From the NCBI RefSeq assembly GCF_006345805.1, contig NC_043026.1:12565579-12629578 (forward strand): DNA of 64,000 nt. The letters run 5' to 3'. Below are positions 51,709 through 64,000 of the stretch, in pieces. The notes below the pieces were generated by a model. That model saw only the letters and a program-made list of their open reading frames with translations. It made no database searches and was not told where the DNA came from. The stretch comes from Octopus sinensis. Its lineage: Eukaryota. Numbering within the stretch: position 1 is the first letter of the stretch; each line of letters begins with the position of its first letter. The translations under genes and the position numbers were made by a program.

Positions 51709-51939
51709 CATTTAGAAAGACATGAACAAAATAAAAAAACCCAAGACAAAAAAGAAAATACAAAATCACAGCAACGCAAAAACAGATGTCAAATATTCAC
51801 AATATTTATTGAATAAAGTACATTCATTTCCCCCATTACATTTGATTAATTTTTGGATGATAATTTTCATCTTCCCACATTTCAAGTACAAGTCCTTTAT
51901 AAAACTTTATATCAGTGATTACTACAGCAAAACCATTAA

Positions 51940-52159
51940 CCCTTTCGCTACTAACCCGGCTGAAACCGGCTCTGGGTCTGTAGTACAAATGTCTTGTTTT
52001 CATAAATTTTGAATTAATATCTTCCACCAAACCTTTGTCACAATTTATGTCCCTAACACTAGCTGAACGATAACTAAGTTATTTTACTAAATTGTTTGTA
52101 ATATTTAAAGTAATTGAAAGAAACACAGAACATCTCAAAAAAATAAAGTAACGAAAGGG
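51940..52159 (+). mobile_element. piggyBac-type MITE
   Basis: TTAA TSDs at 51936-51939 and 52160-52163, CCCTTTCG termini. Confidence 0.8.
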
Positions 52160-52857
52160 TTAATGGCTTTTCCCGTTTGAAATAGTGTCTTTTTTGGGGG
52201 TTCAGATTTTGCCATTCTATATTTCAAAACAATTGAGGTTATATTCCTATTTAAACTTAACTGAATAGAAAAGATTAGCAGGGCTAACAAAATGCCAAAT
52301 ATATATATATGTGTGTGTACACACATTTTACATTATACAGGGTGTCCAAAAAGTCTCTCCAGAGTGAAGAGTCAACTTATCTATTGAAAATGAAGGACGA
52401 TGCTTTCAGCATCTCTTATAAAGTTTTTTCAAAGTCTTGTAAAGTCTAACATATTCTTTTGTAGTCTTATACCATCTTAGAAATATTTATTTTGCAATGA
52501 AACTCTTACGACAGAGAGACTTTTTGAACTCCGTGTGTGTGTGTGTATATTACTCATTTACTTGTTTCAGTCATTTGACTGTGGCCATGCTGGAGCACCA
52601 CCTTTAGTCGAGCAAATCAACCCCAGGACATTCTTTGTAAGCCCAGTCAGATATGGTCATTCATAGTTCCCTTATTGTGTCATTTTTTAAAATAGACAAT
52701 CACATCATTGAAATCTCAAAACATGTGTAGAAGAGTCAATAAAGTCTTGTAAAGTCTAATATATTCTTTTGTAGTCTTATACCATCTTAGAAATATTTAT
52801 TTTGCAATGAAACTCTTACGACAGAGAGACTTTTTGAACTCCATGTGTGTGTGAGTG

Positions 52858-52889
<32 letters not shown>

Positions 52890-53096
52890 CATTTACCATC
52901 TGCTTTCCATGGTAGCATGGGTTGGACAGTTCAACTGGGGTCTGGGAAGCCAGAATGCTGCACCACGCCCAGTCTGATCTGGCAATGTTTCTACGGCTGG
53001 ATGCCTATATATATATATATATATATATATATAGGCATCCAGCCGTAGAAACATATATATATATATATATATATTTCTTTATTGCCCACAAGGGCA

Positions 53097-53147
<51 letters not shown>

Positions 53148-53307
53148 TATACACACGTTTGACTAAACGCCACTTGAAATCTCAAAGCCATGAAATGATG
53201 CAAGATTAATTTCACAGGGTGTGAATAAATAAGCTTTACATTTGACAGAAGAATCTGGATGCTAAAGGATTAAATGACCCCAAGAAGGTCCAATCGTCTC
53301 AGAACTG

Positions 53308-55037
53308 TCACGTTTCGCAAGGAACCGGCTGCCCTCCCGTGTGTATTCGCTTGTGTCTTTTCAAGTGACTGTTTGTGATAAAAGCCTTCCCGCAAATGTC
53401 ACAGCAATAGAGTTTTTCCCCTGTGTGGATCTTTCTGTGGGTCGTTAAGGAACTGTTGTAGACAAAAGATTTCCCGCATATCTCGCAGTGGCACGATTTC
53501 ACCCCACTGTGACTGATCATATGCGTTGTTAAATAACTTTTAGAAACGAAAGACTTGCCGCACACCTCGCAGTGGAACGGCTTCTGGCCGTTGTGGATCC
53601 TCATGTGCCTCGTTAGGACACTATTATCAACAAACGACTTTCTACAAATATCACAATGGAACGGTTTCTCCCCGGTGTGGCTACGTTTGTGAACTAAAAG
53701 ATGAGAATTGTTTACAAACGGCTTCCCACAGATGTCACAGTGGAACCGTCGCTCCCCCGTGTGTTTCATTTTATGGGTCTTCAGGAGACCGTTGGTCACA
53801 AATGACTGACCGCAAACTTCACAATGGAACGGTTTTTCGCCAGTGTGAATCCGCTTGTGTGTAGTGAGATAACTATTCGTGATAAAAGACTTCCCGCAGA
53901 TCTCACAGTAATACGGTTTCTCTCCCGTGTGGCTACGTTTGTGAACTTCAAGGTGAGGATTATTACGGAACGACTTCCCGCAGATCTGACAGTGAAACGG
54001 TCTCTCTTCAGAGTGGATCCTCCTGTGTTTTGTCAACACGCTTTTATTGACAAAAAACTTGCCACAGATTTCACAGCCGAATGGTTTAATCCCAGTGTGA
54101 AGCAATTTATGTTTTGTCAATTCACTGTTAGAGATGAAGGATCTGACACACAAGTCGCAATGGAACGGTCTTTCTCCAGTGTGACGACGGATGTGAATGA
54201 CCAGATATGAATTGTTAACAAACGATTTCTCACATATTTCACAATAAAATAGCTTTTCCCCGGTATGCGTTATATTGTGGACGACGAGACTAGATTTATC
54301 ACAGAATGATTTTCCGCAGATTTCACACTGGAACGGCCGTATTCCACTGTGTATCCTTGTATGCTTTGTTAAGTCACTTTTACAAATGAAAGCTTTTCCA
54401 CATTCTTCACAACCAAACGGTTTTTCCCCTGTATGAATCCTGTTATGCTTCCTTAAATCACAATTCGACGCAAACGATTTTCCGCACACATCACAATGGT
54501 AGGGTCTCTCTCCTGTATGATTCTTTTGTGAACGATGAGACTGGAATTCACAGAGAAAAATTTCCCACAAATTTCACAGTAAAATGGTTTTTCTCCAGTG
54601 TGAACCCTTCTGTGTGCTGTTAAGTTACTGTTGGACACGAAACTCTTCCCACACTGTTCACAGTGGAACGGTTTGTCTCCAGAATGTACCCTTGTGTGTG
54701 TCTTTAAGTGACTACTGCTGAGAAAAGATTTCCCACAGATATCGCAATGATGAGGTCTTTCCCCAGTGTGGGTCCTTTGGTGATTTCTCAAATAGCTAAA
54801 ATAGACAAAATACTTCCCACATACGTCACAATGAAACAGTTTTTTCTTACTGTGGATTTCTTTGTGAAGAATGACTTCATATTCTGTAGAGAATGTCTTC
54901 CTACAAATCTCACATTGAAATTCAGGAACAGTTATCACTCCGGCTTTCTCATCTCCGTCCGTTTCTCTAACTGTATCCGTATCGTTCAAAACAATTGTGT
55001 TACAAGCGTCCAAATGACTAACAACGTTCTCCATCAT
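53308..55037 (-). CDS. ZNF5: poly-C2H2 protein, about 576 aa and 19 fingers if a 1-bp deletion at ~54520-54527 is corrected; acidic N-terminal leader
   Basis: Two overlapping ORFs (54453-55037, 53308-54570) join at CAC AAA AGA AT CAT. Linkers are TGEKPF type. In-frame stop upstream of the ATG. Confidence 0.8.
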
Positions 55038-55471
55038 TCTTGAATGATTCTTAAAAAGCTGACAAATGTCTGTGAGTTAATCTGTTATCAGTTTCTTGCC
55101 TCAGATGCCACAGACTTCTGTTTACGTCTGCAGGAAAATATTCAATGACAATACAGATTTCAACTCACCAGAAGAAAGTCTGCTGTTGACTGGGTCTTCT
55201 ACACGATGGATATATATATCATCATAAGTGTCTTCTCTTAGATATCATGGGATTTGCAGAAAAATATTCATTGCTGATATATTTTCTACTTATCACAAGA
55301 ATACCTTTGACTGGCTGGCTGGCTCCACCCGCAATTAACATTCATATTGAAAAATATAGTTAACGGAAACTGTGTAAGCTAAAACAACAAGGAGCTTCAA
55401 TGAAGATTTGCAGACGTTCTGATGAAAAGAAGGTTTGTCCAGCACAGGCAGGTGTGCACCACTCAGCATAA
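55038..55471 (-). other. Putative ZNF5 5' leader starting at a strong acceptor; candidate upstream donor at 57350
   Basis: CTTTTCTCTTTTCTTTCTTTGCAG| at 55472-55495 on minus; ATG|GTAAGC at 57352-57344. Confidence 0.45.
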
Positions 55472-57427
55472 CTGCAAAGAAAGAAAAGAGAAAAGATATG
55501 AAGGTGTAAGACCAATATCACATTGTGTGTGTGGGGGGTTCAAAATTGCAAAAAACAACAAATGACAGAGACAAATAAGGGACCAGCAAAAAAGGGGTCT
55601 TAGTTTGATGCTCAGGAAAAAACAGAAGAGTCGTTGATCTCTTTACTCTTTTACTTGTTTCAGTCATTTGACTGCGGCCATGCTGGAGCACCGCCTTTAG
55701 TCGAGCAAATCGACCCCAGAACTTATTCTTTTGTAAGCCCAGTACTTATTCTATCGGTCTCTTTTACCGAACTGCTAAGTGACGGGGACATAAACACACC
55801 AGCATCGGTTGTCAAGCGATGTTGGGGAGACAAACACAGACACACACATACATATATATATATATGTACATATATACGACAGGCTTCTTTCAGTTTCCGT
55901 CTACCAAATCTACTCACAAGGCTTTGGTCGGCCCGAGGCTATAGCAGAAGACACTTGCCCAAGGTGCCACGCAGTGGGACAGAACCCGGAAGTATGTGGT
56001 TGGTAAGCAAGCTACTTACCACACAGCCACTCCTGTGCCTATATGTTTCAAGTCTATGATCTTCCACAGTAAGAAATGAGGAGAGAAAACAGAAAGAAAA
56101 AAAAAAGGGTCTGGATTAATGGCTGCACTCCCCTCAGGTTGGGTAACCATGAATATCCTTTACAGCGGAACACCTATTTCTGTCCTCATTCTTCGTCTTT
56201 CTCTCTCTGGTTGAGTAACCATCTATCTTTTCTACAACAAGATACCGAGTTTATGATTCTGTGTGTGTGTCCTTGATACTCGTTTAGAACAAGTAGTTTT
56301 ACACCAATTACACTATTTTTTTTTCTTAGTTTAAAGGCCGTGGACTGAAGATGTGAAATTTCCGAGGCCTCTCTCCCAACCCCCTTTCGCGAGCGCGCAT
56401 TTTTTTCATCATGTTCGTTTAGAGTTCGGTTCCACTGCGTGGCACCTCAGGCAAGTGTCTTCTACTATAGCCCCGGGCCAACCAATGCCTTCTGAGTGGA
56501 TTTGGTAGACGGAAACTGAAAGAAGCCCGTCGTATATATGTATGTATGTGTTTGTCCCCCTAGCATTGCTTGACAACCGATGCTGGTGTGTTTACGTCCC
56601 CGTCACTTAGCGGTTCGGCAAAAGGAGACCGATAGAATAAGTACTGGGCTTACAAAAAGAATAAGTCCCGGGGTCGATTTGCTCGACTAAAAGGCGGTGC
56701 TCCAACATGGCCGCAGTGAAAAATGACTGAAACAAGTAAAAGAGTAAAAGAGTTTTACACCTACTACACTATTTTTTTTTTTTTTTGCTTTTTTTGACCG
56801 GGTCAAACGCTTTAGTTTGACACCCCCCCCCCCCGCACCGGGACCACTGTTCGCTAGTAGTACCAAATATGTAATAGTATATATACTACCTTGCTGAAAC
56901 GTCCTGAGCGATCTGATAGTTCAACAGTAGCATATATATACATATATACACACATATATATATATATATATATATTATATAAAAGGGCTTAGTAAAATAA
57001 ATTACTTTGCCACATACTGAACTCATTAGAAATAGCAGCTAAAAAAAATTTTTTTAGCTATTTCCAATACTTAAAGAAGATCTCTCTCAGATAGTGTTTG
57101 CTCAAACCAACTCACGAAGGTATGGGGGTAAAGACATTAAAAAATCAAATGCAAAGGTTATTTGAGTTATTTTACTAAGCCCTTTTATATAATGTAATAT
57201 TTTGAATTCGCCTTAAATGGTCCCTTTACATACTGAATACTTGGTGAAATTGATTAATAATTAATTAATTTTACCCTCAATTGTTGAAATTATATATATA
57301 TATATAAATATTACTGCAATCGTTGGTTCTGGCTGGTCATAATGCTTACCATTGGCCTTGCACCGCGATTCTGCTCTTGGCTTCGTAGACGACCACACGT
57401 GAAGGACACTGAATAACGGATCTCTTT

Positions 57428-58115
57428 ACTAATGGAGATGCGAATACAGTGTGATTTCGGTCAAGGTTGGGGGGAAAAAAGTCCCGAAACGAAACGGGTG
57501 TAGGTATTCTTTACCTCCGCCGTTTTATTATTATTATTATTATTTTATTTTTTTTTAGTGTGAAAGGTACATTTACGGAGATGTACTCGCATAGCAAGTG
57601 ACCTGATCTGAGATCGTGTGCTACTAATGGAGGTGCCAATACAGTGTGATTTCGGTGAAGGTTGGAGGAAAAAAAGTCCCGGAACGAAATGGGTGTAGGT
57701 ATTCTTTACCTCCGCCGTTTTATTATTGTTATTATTATTATTATTTTTATTTTTAAGTATGAAAGGTACATTTACGGAGATGTACTCGCATAGCAAGTGA
57801 CCTGATCTGAGATCGTGTGCTACTAATGGAGGTGCCAATACAGTGTGATTTCGGTGAAGGTTGGAGGAAAAAAAGTCCCGGAACGAAATGGGTGTAGGTA
57901 TTCTTTACCTCCGCCGTTTTATTATTGTTATTATTATTATTATTTTTATTTTTAAGTGTGAAAGGTACATTTACGGAGATGTACTCGCATAGCAAGTGAC
58001 CTGATCTGAGATCGTGTGCTACTAATGGAGGTGCCAATACAGTGTGATTTCGGTCAAGGTTGGGGGGAAAAAAGTCCCGGAACGAAATGGTGTATTCTTT
58101 ACCTCCGCCGTTTTA
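57428..58115. repeat. ~199-bp tandem repeat, about 3.5 copies
   Basis: ACTAATGGAG at 57428, 57623, 57822, 58021. Confidence 0.92.
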
Positions 58116-58749
58116 TAATAAAATGGACCAATTCTCAGGTTTCGCCTGTGATTGAAAAAGGTTTTATTAAAGGAGAAAGGGGCTCTCTACCCCCCCCCCC
58201 CTTTTGACCAGGCTCCCGTTGGCTTTTATGGGTTTTTTCCACCAGGAACCTTTCGAAGCCCCCCCCCCATTGGGAGTTTTTTTCATTGTTATAATCTTTC
58301 GTTTTTAAACAGTTTTTACTCGGATTTTTTCAAAAATGGACAAAACCCTTTGTAACCTTTCGTCTTGTTTTGTCCCTTTATGTTTACTAATCATGTGTGT
58401 CAGCCCTTGTGGCCAATAAAAAGAATTAATTATTATTATTTTAAGTGTGAAAGGTACATTTACGGAGATGTACTCGCATAGCAAGTGATTTGATCTGAGA
58501 TCGTGTGCTGGAACGAAAACAATTGCAGCGTGGAAGGTGTTTGTAAGCCATTTAAGAAACACACAAAAGCCGTTCGATTCACTTCAACATTTAAGTTTAA
58601 TTTGTCAAAATATTTTCGTCGCTTTAAGACCGCGACCTGTTCGTTCACTGACAAAAATATTTTGACAAATTAAACTTAAATGTTGAAGTGAATCGAACGG
58701 CTTTTGTGTGTTTCTTGAAAGGTACGTTGAAGTCTACTGAAGAAGTGTT

Positions 58750-58945
58750 GTCCCGGTGCGCGCACTCGCGTATCCGCGCTAGTTAGTCGTGACTAGTCGA
58801 TCCTACAACGACTACCTAACAAAGTAAATAAAACACAAAACAAATAATTTTTTTTTAAACAAAGTAAATAAAATACAAAAACAAAGTAAGGATCGAGTAG
58901 TCACGACTAGCTAGCGCGGATACACGAGTACGCGCACCGGGATCG
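58750..58945. mobile_element. Small CpG-rich MITE with ~55-bp TIRs (TCCCGGTGCGCGCACTCGCG...)
   Basis: Inverted termini read directly. Fragments also at ~19735, 23985, 31389, 56836. Confidence 0.65.
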
Positions 58946-61088
58946 CGCTTCTTAAACAGTACCCCAAGGGGGATACAAAAGAAACAAAAACAAGGCGCGC
59001 ACTTAGTTTTTTAAATACATGGGAATTCTTGCGAATTTATTTTCTACAGAGGGGAATTCATATGACTGCAAAAAAATTTTTTTAATTGTGATTTAACCGT
59101 TAAGTTTCGAATGAGGACGCTTGGGATTTTTTCCAACTATTTTTTGACGCCGGGGTTAAACACACGACCACAAATATTGCCCTATATTCATAAAAGTATT
59201 CTCCCATCGTTTTTTTAAATTTTTATGTGGTGCCTTTAAGTGTACCAGGAAATTGTCCAAAATCGGTTCGGATAAGGAAGGAAGTTGGAAAAACCAAATC
59301 GAACTCATGTACAAATGCAGATCCGAAACTTCAACTGTTTTTCGCCATAAATGCTAATAACTTTTATTTTTTTGCAATTTTCAAAGAAAATACGGCACAC
59401 CTAAAGCAGAATTCCGCCCCTTTTCCTCCAAAAAATGTCCAATTGCATCTGTTTCACAATATGGGAAAAAGGAAAAACTTTTTAATCCATAATTCTTATA
59501 AACGTCGCCCCCTTTTCACCTCGTACCATCTCGGTAGCCATCACCATTTCACAGATTTTCTCCTCACTTTTGTTAATTAAGACAGGTATCAACGTTTGAA
59601 AAATTATAGATTAAAAAAATTTTTTTTTTTTTAATTTTGAATAAGTCACCTTCATCCATAAATTTCTAAGTGCGTAGGTGCAAAAAAGAAATTTGAAAAA
59701 TCCTGGCAAAACCTGTTAAAAACCAACTTTATGAGTCTCCCTCCATAAGTTACGTTTAATTCGCAAACTTTTTTTATCATCATTTTTATCGAATTTCGTG
59801 CTTTAAAACAATTCTAATTTTGAAATAAAATTTCCAAAAAAAGTCTTAAGCATTCCTATTTCATCGCATCTTTCATGATTAAAATGTAATTTCCCCCCCG
59901 TTTTCTCTCTATTTTTATTTCTTTGTGTGCGCGTGTTCATACCTTCAGAACAGAAATGACATTCATTTAAAATATAGAAATATTAATTAAACACATCTTT
60001 ACAAAATACACCAAGATTTCTTGTGTTCTTTACTTTCCATATAAAAAAAAAGATGGCTTAATGTGTGGGAGTTCCAATTTAAGCAGGTGTGGGCCTGCTT
60101 TGAATAATATGTCGGTGCGATCTGTAAACGTTTGTGTTCACACATGCCTAAGTGCACGGATGTACGTGTGTGTGTGTGTGTGTGTGTGATGGTAAGTTAA
60201 TGTATGTATATTTGTGAATATATGTGTGTGTGTGCGCTCCATACGTTTATGTGTGTTGTACCATCGAAATACCAAGTGAAAGGAACTGCAAAATGAACCT
60301 AAGAACGATTAGATTTGATTAATTGAAAATTAGGAAAGTGAAAAAGGAACTTGAGAGACGATACGGGGATAATATTGGAGGACTGTGTAGAGTTTATTTC
60401 TATTAGGTAAGAGGGTAAGTAAATGATGTGGACCGCCCCGGTTGATGACTCATTTTCACCCTTATTGTTTTTGTGGTGTTTTGTGTGCCCAATGTATTGT
60501 AATGTCTCCTCTATGTAAGACCTTTATGGTTAATTTAAAAAATCCCCGTACGTTTAAGAGTGTATACGTGTGCATTTATATGAGCGAGAAGTCAGAATAT
60601 TTTATTTTATTCAGATATATCGGGATTACTTAGCACAAACGATTTAAAAAGAAAATGCATATTTCATGCTGAGATAAATATTCCAAATAAATACGTACAT
60701 TTGGTTAGGATGTTGAACTGATAAGGGCAGAAGGGCAAATGAAGGAGTTATTCGTTCATTTAGTCGGCAATTAAAATCCATTTCCTTTTCTCCTTTGCTT
60801 GGTAGAGGACAAAGAATTCCACGACCTGTTTTAGACCGCCGCAGCGGAGGTAGAAGTGGTAGAACAACGATCCCAAGTAGGTCACACACCCACAAATGAA
60901 ACAGACATGTACAGTAACACACAACCTGGTTTATAATTAGGGTTGCTCTGAAAGACAAGTGCTCGGTGTAGATGGCAGTTTTTACCCCGCCTACAAAAAT
61001 ACCGGTAATGAGGGTTAATAATTTCGGATCTTTTCGGTTTGAACGGCAGTTTTTTTTTAAATAATTCCCACGTAACTAAATACTTTTA

Positions 61089-61351
61089 ACAATTGCAGCG
61101 TGGAAGGTGTTTGTAAGCCATTTAAGAAACACACAAAAGCCGTTCGATTCACTTCAACATTTAAGTTTAATTTGTCAAAATATTTTCGTTGCTAAAATCC
61201 GCGACCTGTTCACTGACAAAAATCCATGCTGCAGGTCGCGGATTTTAGCGACGAAAATATTTTGACAAATTAAACTTAAATGTTGAAGTGAATCGAACGG
61301 CTTTTGTTTGTTTCTTAAATGGCTTACAAACACCTTCCACGCTGCAATTGT
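61089..61351. repeat. Foldback element, ~120-bp near-perfect arms, nested in a GGATC-TIR MITE; related copy at ~58440-58720
   Basis: 61089-61208 is the reverse complement of ~61232-61351. Confidence 0.85.
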
Positions 61352-63059
61352 TTTCGTTCCAGCACACGATCTCAAATCAAATCACTTGCTATGCGAGTAC
61401 ATCTCCGTAAATACTTTTAAACTTTGTATACTGGTAGAATGTGTTTATACACCCTTTCCCCCACCCTAGTTACGTGGAAATTATTTCAACACAATTTCTA
61501 GTTAACTAAACGCTTTTAAACTTCGTATACTAGTAGAATGTGTCAAAATAAAACATTTTTTCTCTTGGATTTCTTGAGAAAATTGTAATTTGTAAGTTTA
61601 ATTTTTCGAATTTTAACCAATTAGTTTCAGACGCGGCAAATGATTTTAGTTCAATAGAGGCAATTGATTGGTTAAAATTCGAAAAATTAAACTACGTTAA
61701 ACAAACAAATTACAATTTTCTCAAGAAAGCCAAGAAAAAAAATGTTTTATTTTGACACATTCTATCAGTAAACGAAGTTTCAAATTGTTTAGTTAACTAA
61801 AAATTGTGTTGAAAACTGCCGTTCAAAAGGAAAAGATCCAAATCATTTCGTATTTACACGTATTTATGTTATTTTTCGTTTTAGATACCTTTTTCACTTT
61901 TAATTAGAGTGTTTAATAAGTTTTAATTAGCAACCCCGCTTCTCCCTCTATCGGAGAATTAAAGAAATACACGAGATATAAAGGGGGAACAACTTCGTAC
62001 GGAGTACAACGGACATCAATTAACGAGTTCGTTATAATTGCTTAATCGGTTATTCCCTGATTCCGTGTGAGGAACGGTAAGTCGGCGAAGATTTACTTGA
62101 ATAATATTAAATCTGTAATTACGTTTGTAAATAATAGAATTGTTATTACGTGGAACCCTTTCTACGATCCAGTAATTCTATTCAAGGGAAATCACATAAT
62201 TTATGGTGAAACGATATAAAAGCGGGATAAGTTATTTTATGTACCAGGGTATTATCGCTTTTACTGCCCAAAATGCTAAATTCTTGTTAATCGGGCACTA
62301 TGAGTCTATGTATAAAATATCTGTCTGTCTGTGAATGGTGAAGTCGTGAGCGGAAACTGTCATGAAGCCGGAAAATTGAACTTTCTCTTTCTTTGTCGTT
62401 CATCGAGAGTTAATGTCTGGTTTCCGTAGATTCTGGCCAGATATATGAGGAGCGTAAGCATACACGTTCGGGCTAGAATTTCTGGATCTTTTCGGTTTGA
62501 ACGGCAGTTTTTTCTAGCGGTATCATACGAAATTGTCACCCATAATTATGACCCTAGTATCGATCTATTGCATTTTAATCTGTTTTAGGGTTAGGGTTAG
62601 TTGGGGTGAGGGGAAGGGTATCTTTTTTTCTTCACAAATGTAAATAAACCCAATCTGTTTCTTAAACGAGGGACATATTCATACGGCACAGAATGTTTTT
62701 GTTTTTTTTTACCTCAATAGACGTCATTGATTGCTTGAAATTTCAGAAATTGAAGAAAAAAACCCAACAAATATCTTACAAACTATAGAATTTTCTCAAT
62801 AAAGCCAAGAGAAAAAGTTGTTTTATAAACACATTCTACCAGTGTACGAAGTTTAAAAGTGTTTAGTTACGTGGAAAGTATTTTAAAAAACTGCCGGTCA
62901 AACGGAAAAGATCCGAATATTGTAATATGTGTAAAACAACTTGCTCTAAACGAATATGACAAAAAAAAAATGCACATAGTGAATTTCCAAAAGCTGATGA
63001 TTGGGCACTAAGTGTGGTGGAACCGATTTTCAAGGGGAAGTTGTGGGGCATATAGGGGG

Positions 63060-63950
63060 GTGAAGTTATTGGAGCATGCAATGAAGATTGTGGAAAGGGT
63101 GTTGGAGAGGAGAATTTGGAAGGAGGTGGATGTGGACATGATGCAATTTGGTTTTATGCCAGGAAAGAGGACAATAGTTAATTAATTTTTTGGCTCAAAA
63201 AGCAAGGCCATGTAGTTACGTACAGGGTGGTGTTCATGTAAAGAATTCAGGTCACTTGTGGTCAAGGGAGACTTTGAACTGAGGGGTCGTCGGCATCTTC
63301 ACCATCTCGTCCGGCAGCTTATTCCACGGATCCGCAACCCAGACAGAGAAAGCCCCTCTCCTTCGATTGAGATGAAATCGTCACAGATAGAGCTTTTCGG
63401 AGTGACCCGAAAATAGATGCAGTGTTCATTGTAAGAGGAATGCCGATATAAGAAGGTGTTGCATATGTGCATCGTTGATCAGGAGAAGGCATTGATAGGG
63501 TTCCAAGGAAGGTGATTAACTGGGCATTGAGGAAGAGAGGTGTACAAGAGTTAATAGAGAGAGTAGTGATGAGTTTGTACGAAGGGGTAAAGACCAGAGT
63601 TAGAATTGGATCAGGGCTGTCAGAGGCATTTGCAGTGAAAGTTGGTGTGCACCGGGGATCTGAATTGTCACCATTGTTGTTTGAAACTGTGGTTGATGTG
63701 GTGTTGGTGGGTGCAAGAGAGGGATTGATAATGGAGATACTGTGTGTGGATGACCTGGTTCTGATGAGTGAGACAATAAAGGGATTGAGGGAGAAGTTTT
63801 GGAAATAGAAGGAAGCGTTTGAAAGCAAGGGTTTGAAGGTAAACTTTAGGAAGACAAAGGTGATGGGGAGCGGGGTGGAAAGAGAAGTGTTAGTAAGGTG
63901 GATCCATGTGCAGTATGTCTTTAAAATCCCATTGGTATTCCACAACCAAC
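63060..63950 (+). mobile_element. Decayed RTE-type LINE reverse transcriptase fragment, interrupted by an antisense CR1 3' end (63177-63410)
   Basis: EHAMKIVERVLERRI...MQFGFMPGKRT|IDAVFIVR...DRVPRKVINWAL...GVHRGSELSPLLF...CVDDLVL. Confidence 0.85.
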
Positions 63951-64000
63951 ATAGTGGTGATGTTGGCTTTAGTACTGATCTATTGTTTTGAATCTCTCTT

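Noticed and set aside
55415-55445. Other CTGATGA motifs (also ~23318, 62995, 63762) as hammerheads
   Set aside because: No stem II plus GAAA or cleavage triplet in the required arrangement.
63319-63945. 208-aa minus-strand ORF
   Set aside because: It is the antisense shadow of the decayed RTE reverse transcriptase.

Overview
Eukaryotic, AT- and repeat-rich window. It is most likely from an Octopus genome, inferred from the cephalopod-type C2H2 zinc-finger cluster and the SINE families. There is one 100-N assembly gap at 35502-35601. The window holds five minus-strand poly-C2H2 zinc-finger (ZNF) loci. ZNF1 is intact. ZNF2 is a 5'-deleted, multiply disrupted copy carrying nine near-identical 84-bp fingers. 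ZNF3 and ZNF5 each have a single 1-bp frameshift. ZNF4 is cut by the gap. A five-coding-exon LSM4 gene lies on the plus strand. ZNF1-3 are tandem copies of one cassette: coding exon, leader of about 425 nt, intron, non-coding exon 1, and a divergent tRNA-Asp 3' half plus SINE array. The rest is SINEs (often as tandem multimers), Helitrons including two helicase remnants, a defective mariner, piggyBac-type and other MITEs, CR1/RTE/Gypsy fragments, foldback palindromes and long microsatellites. The most novel signal is a minimal type I hammerhead-ribozyme fold at 51392-51434 (minus) inside a 361-bp partial tandem repeat, a retrozyme/Penelope-like element. All calls were made by eye; no searches or folding programs were run.
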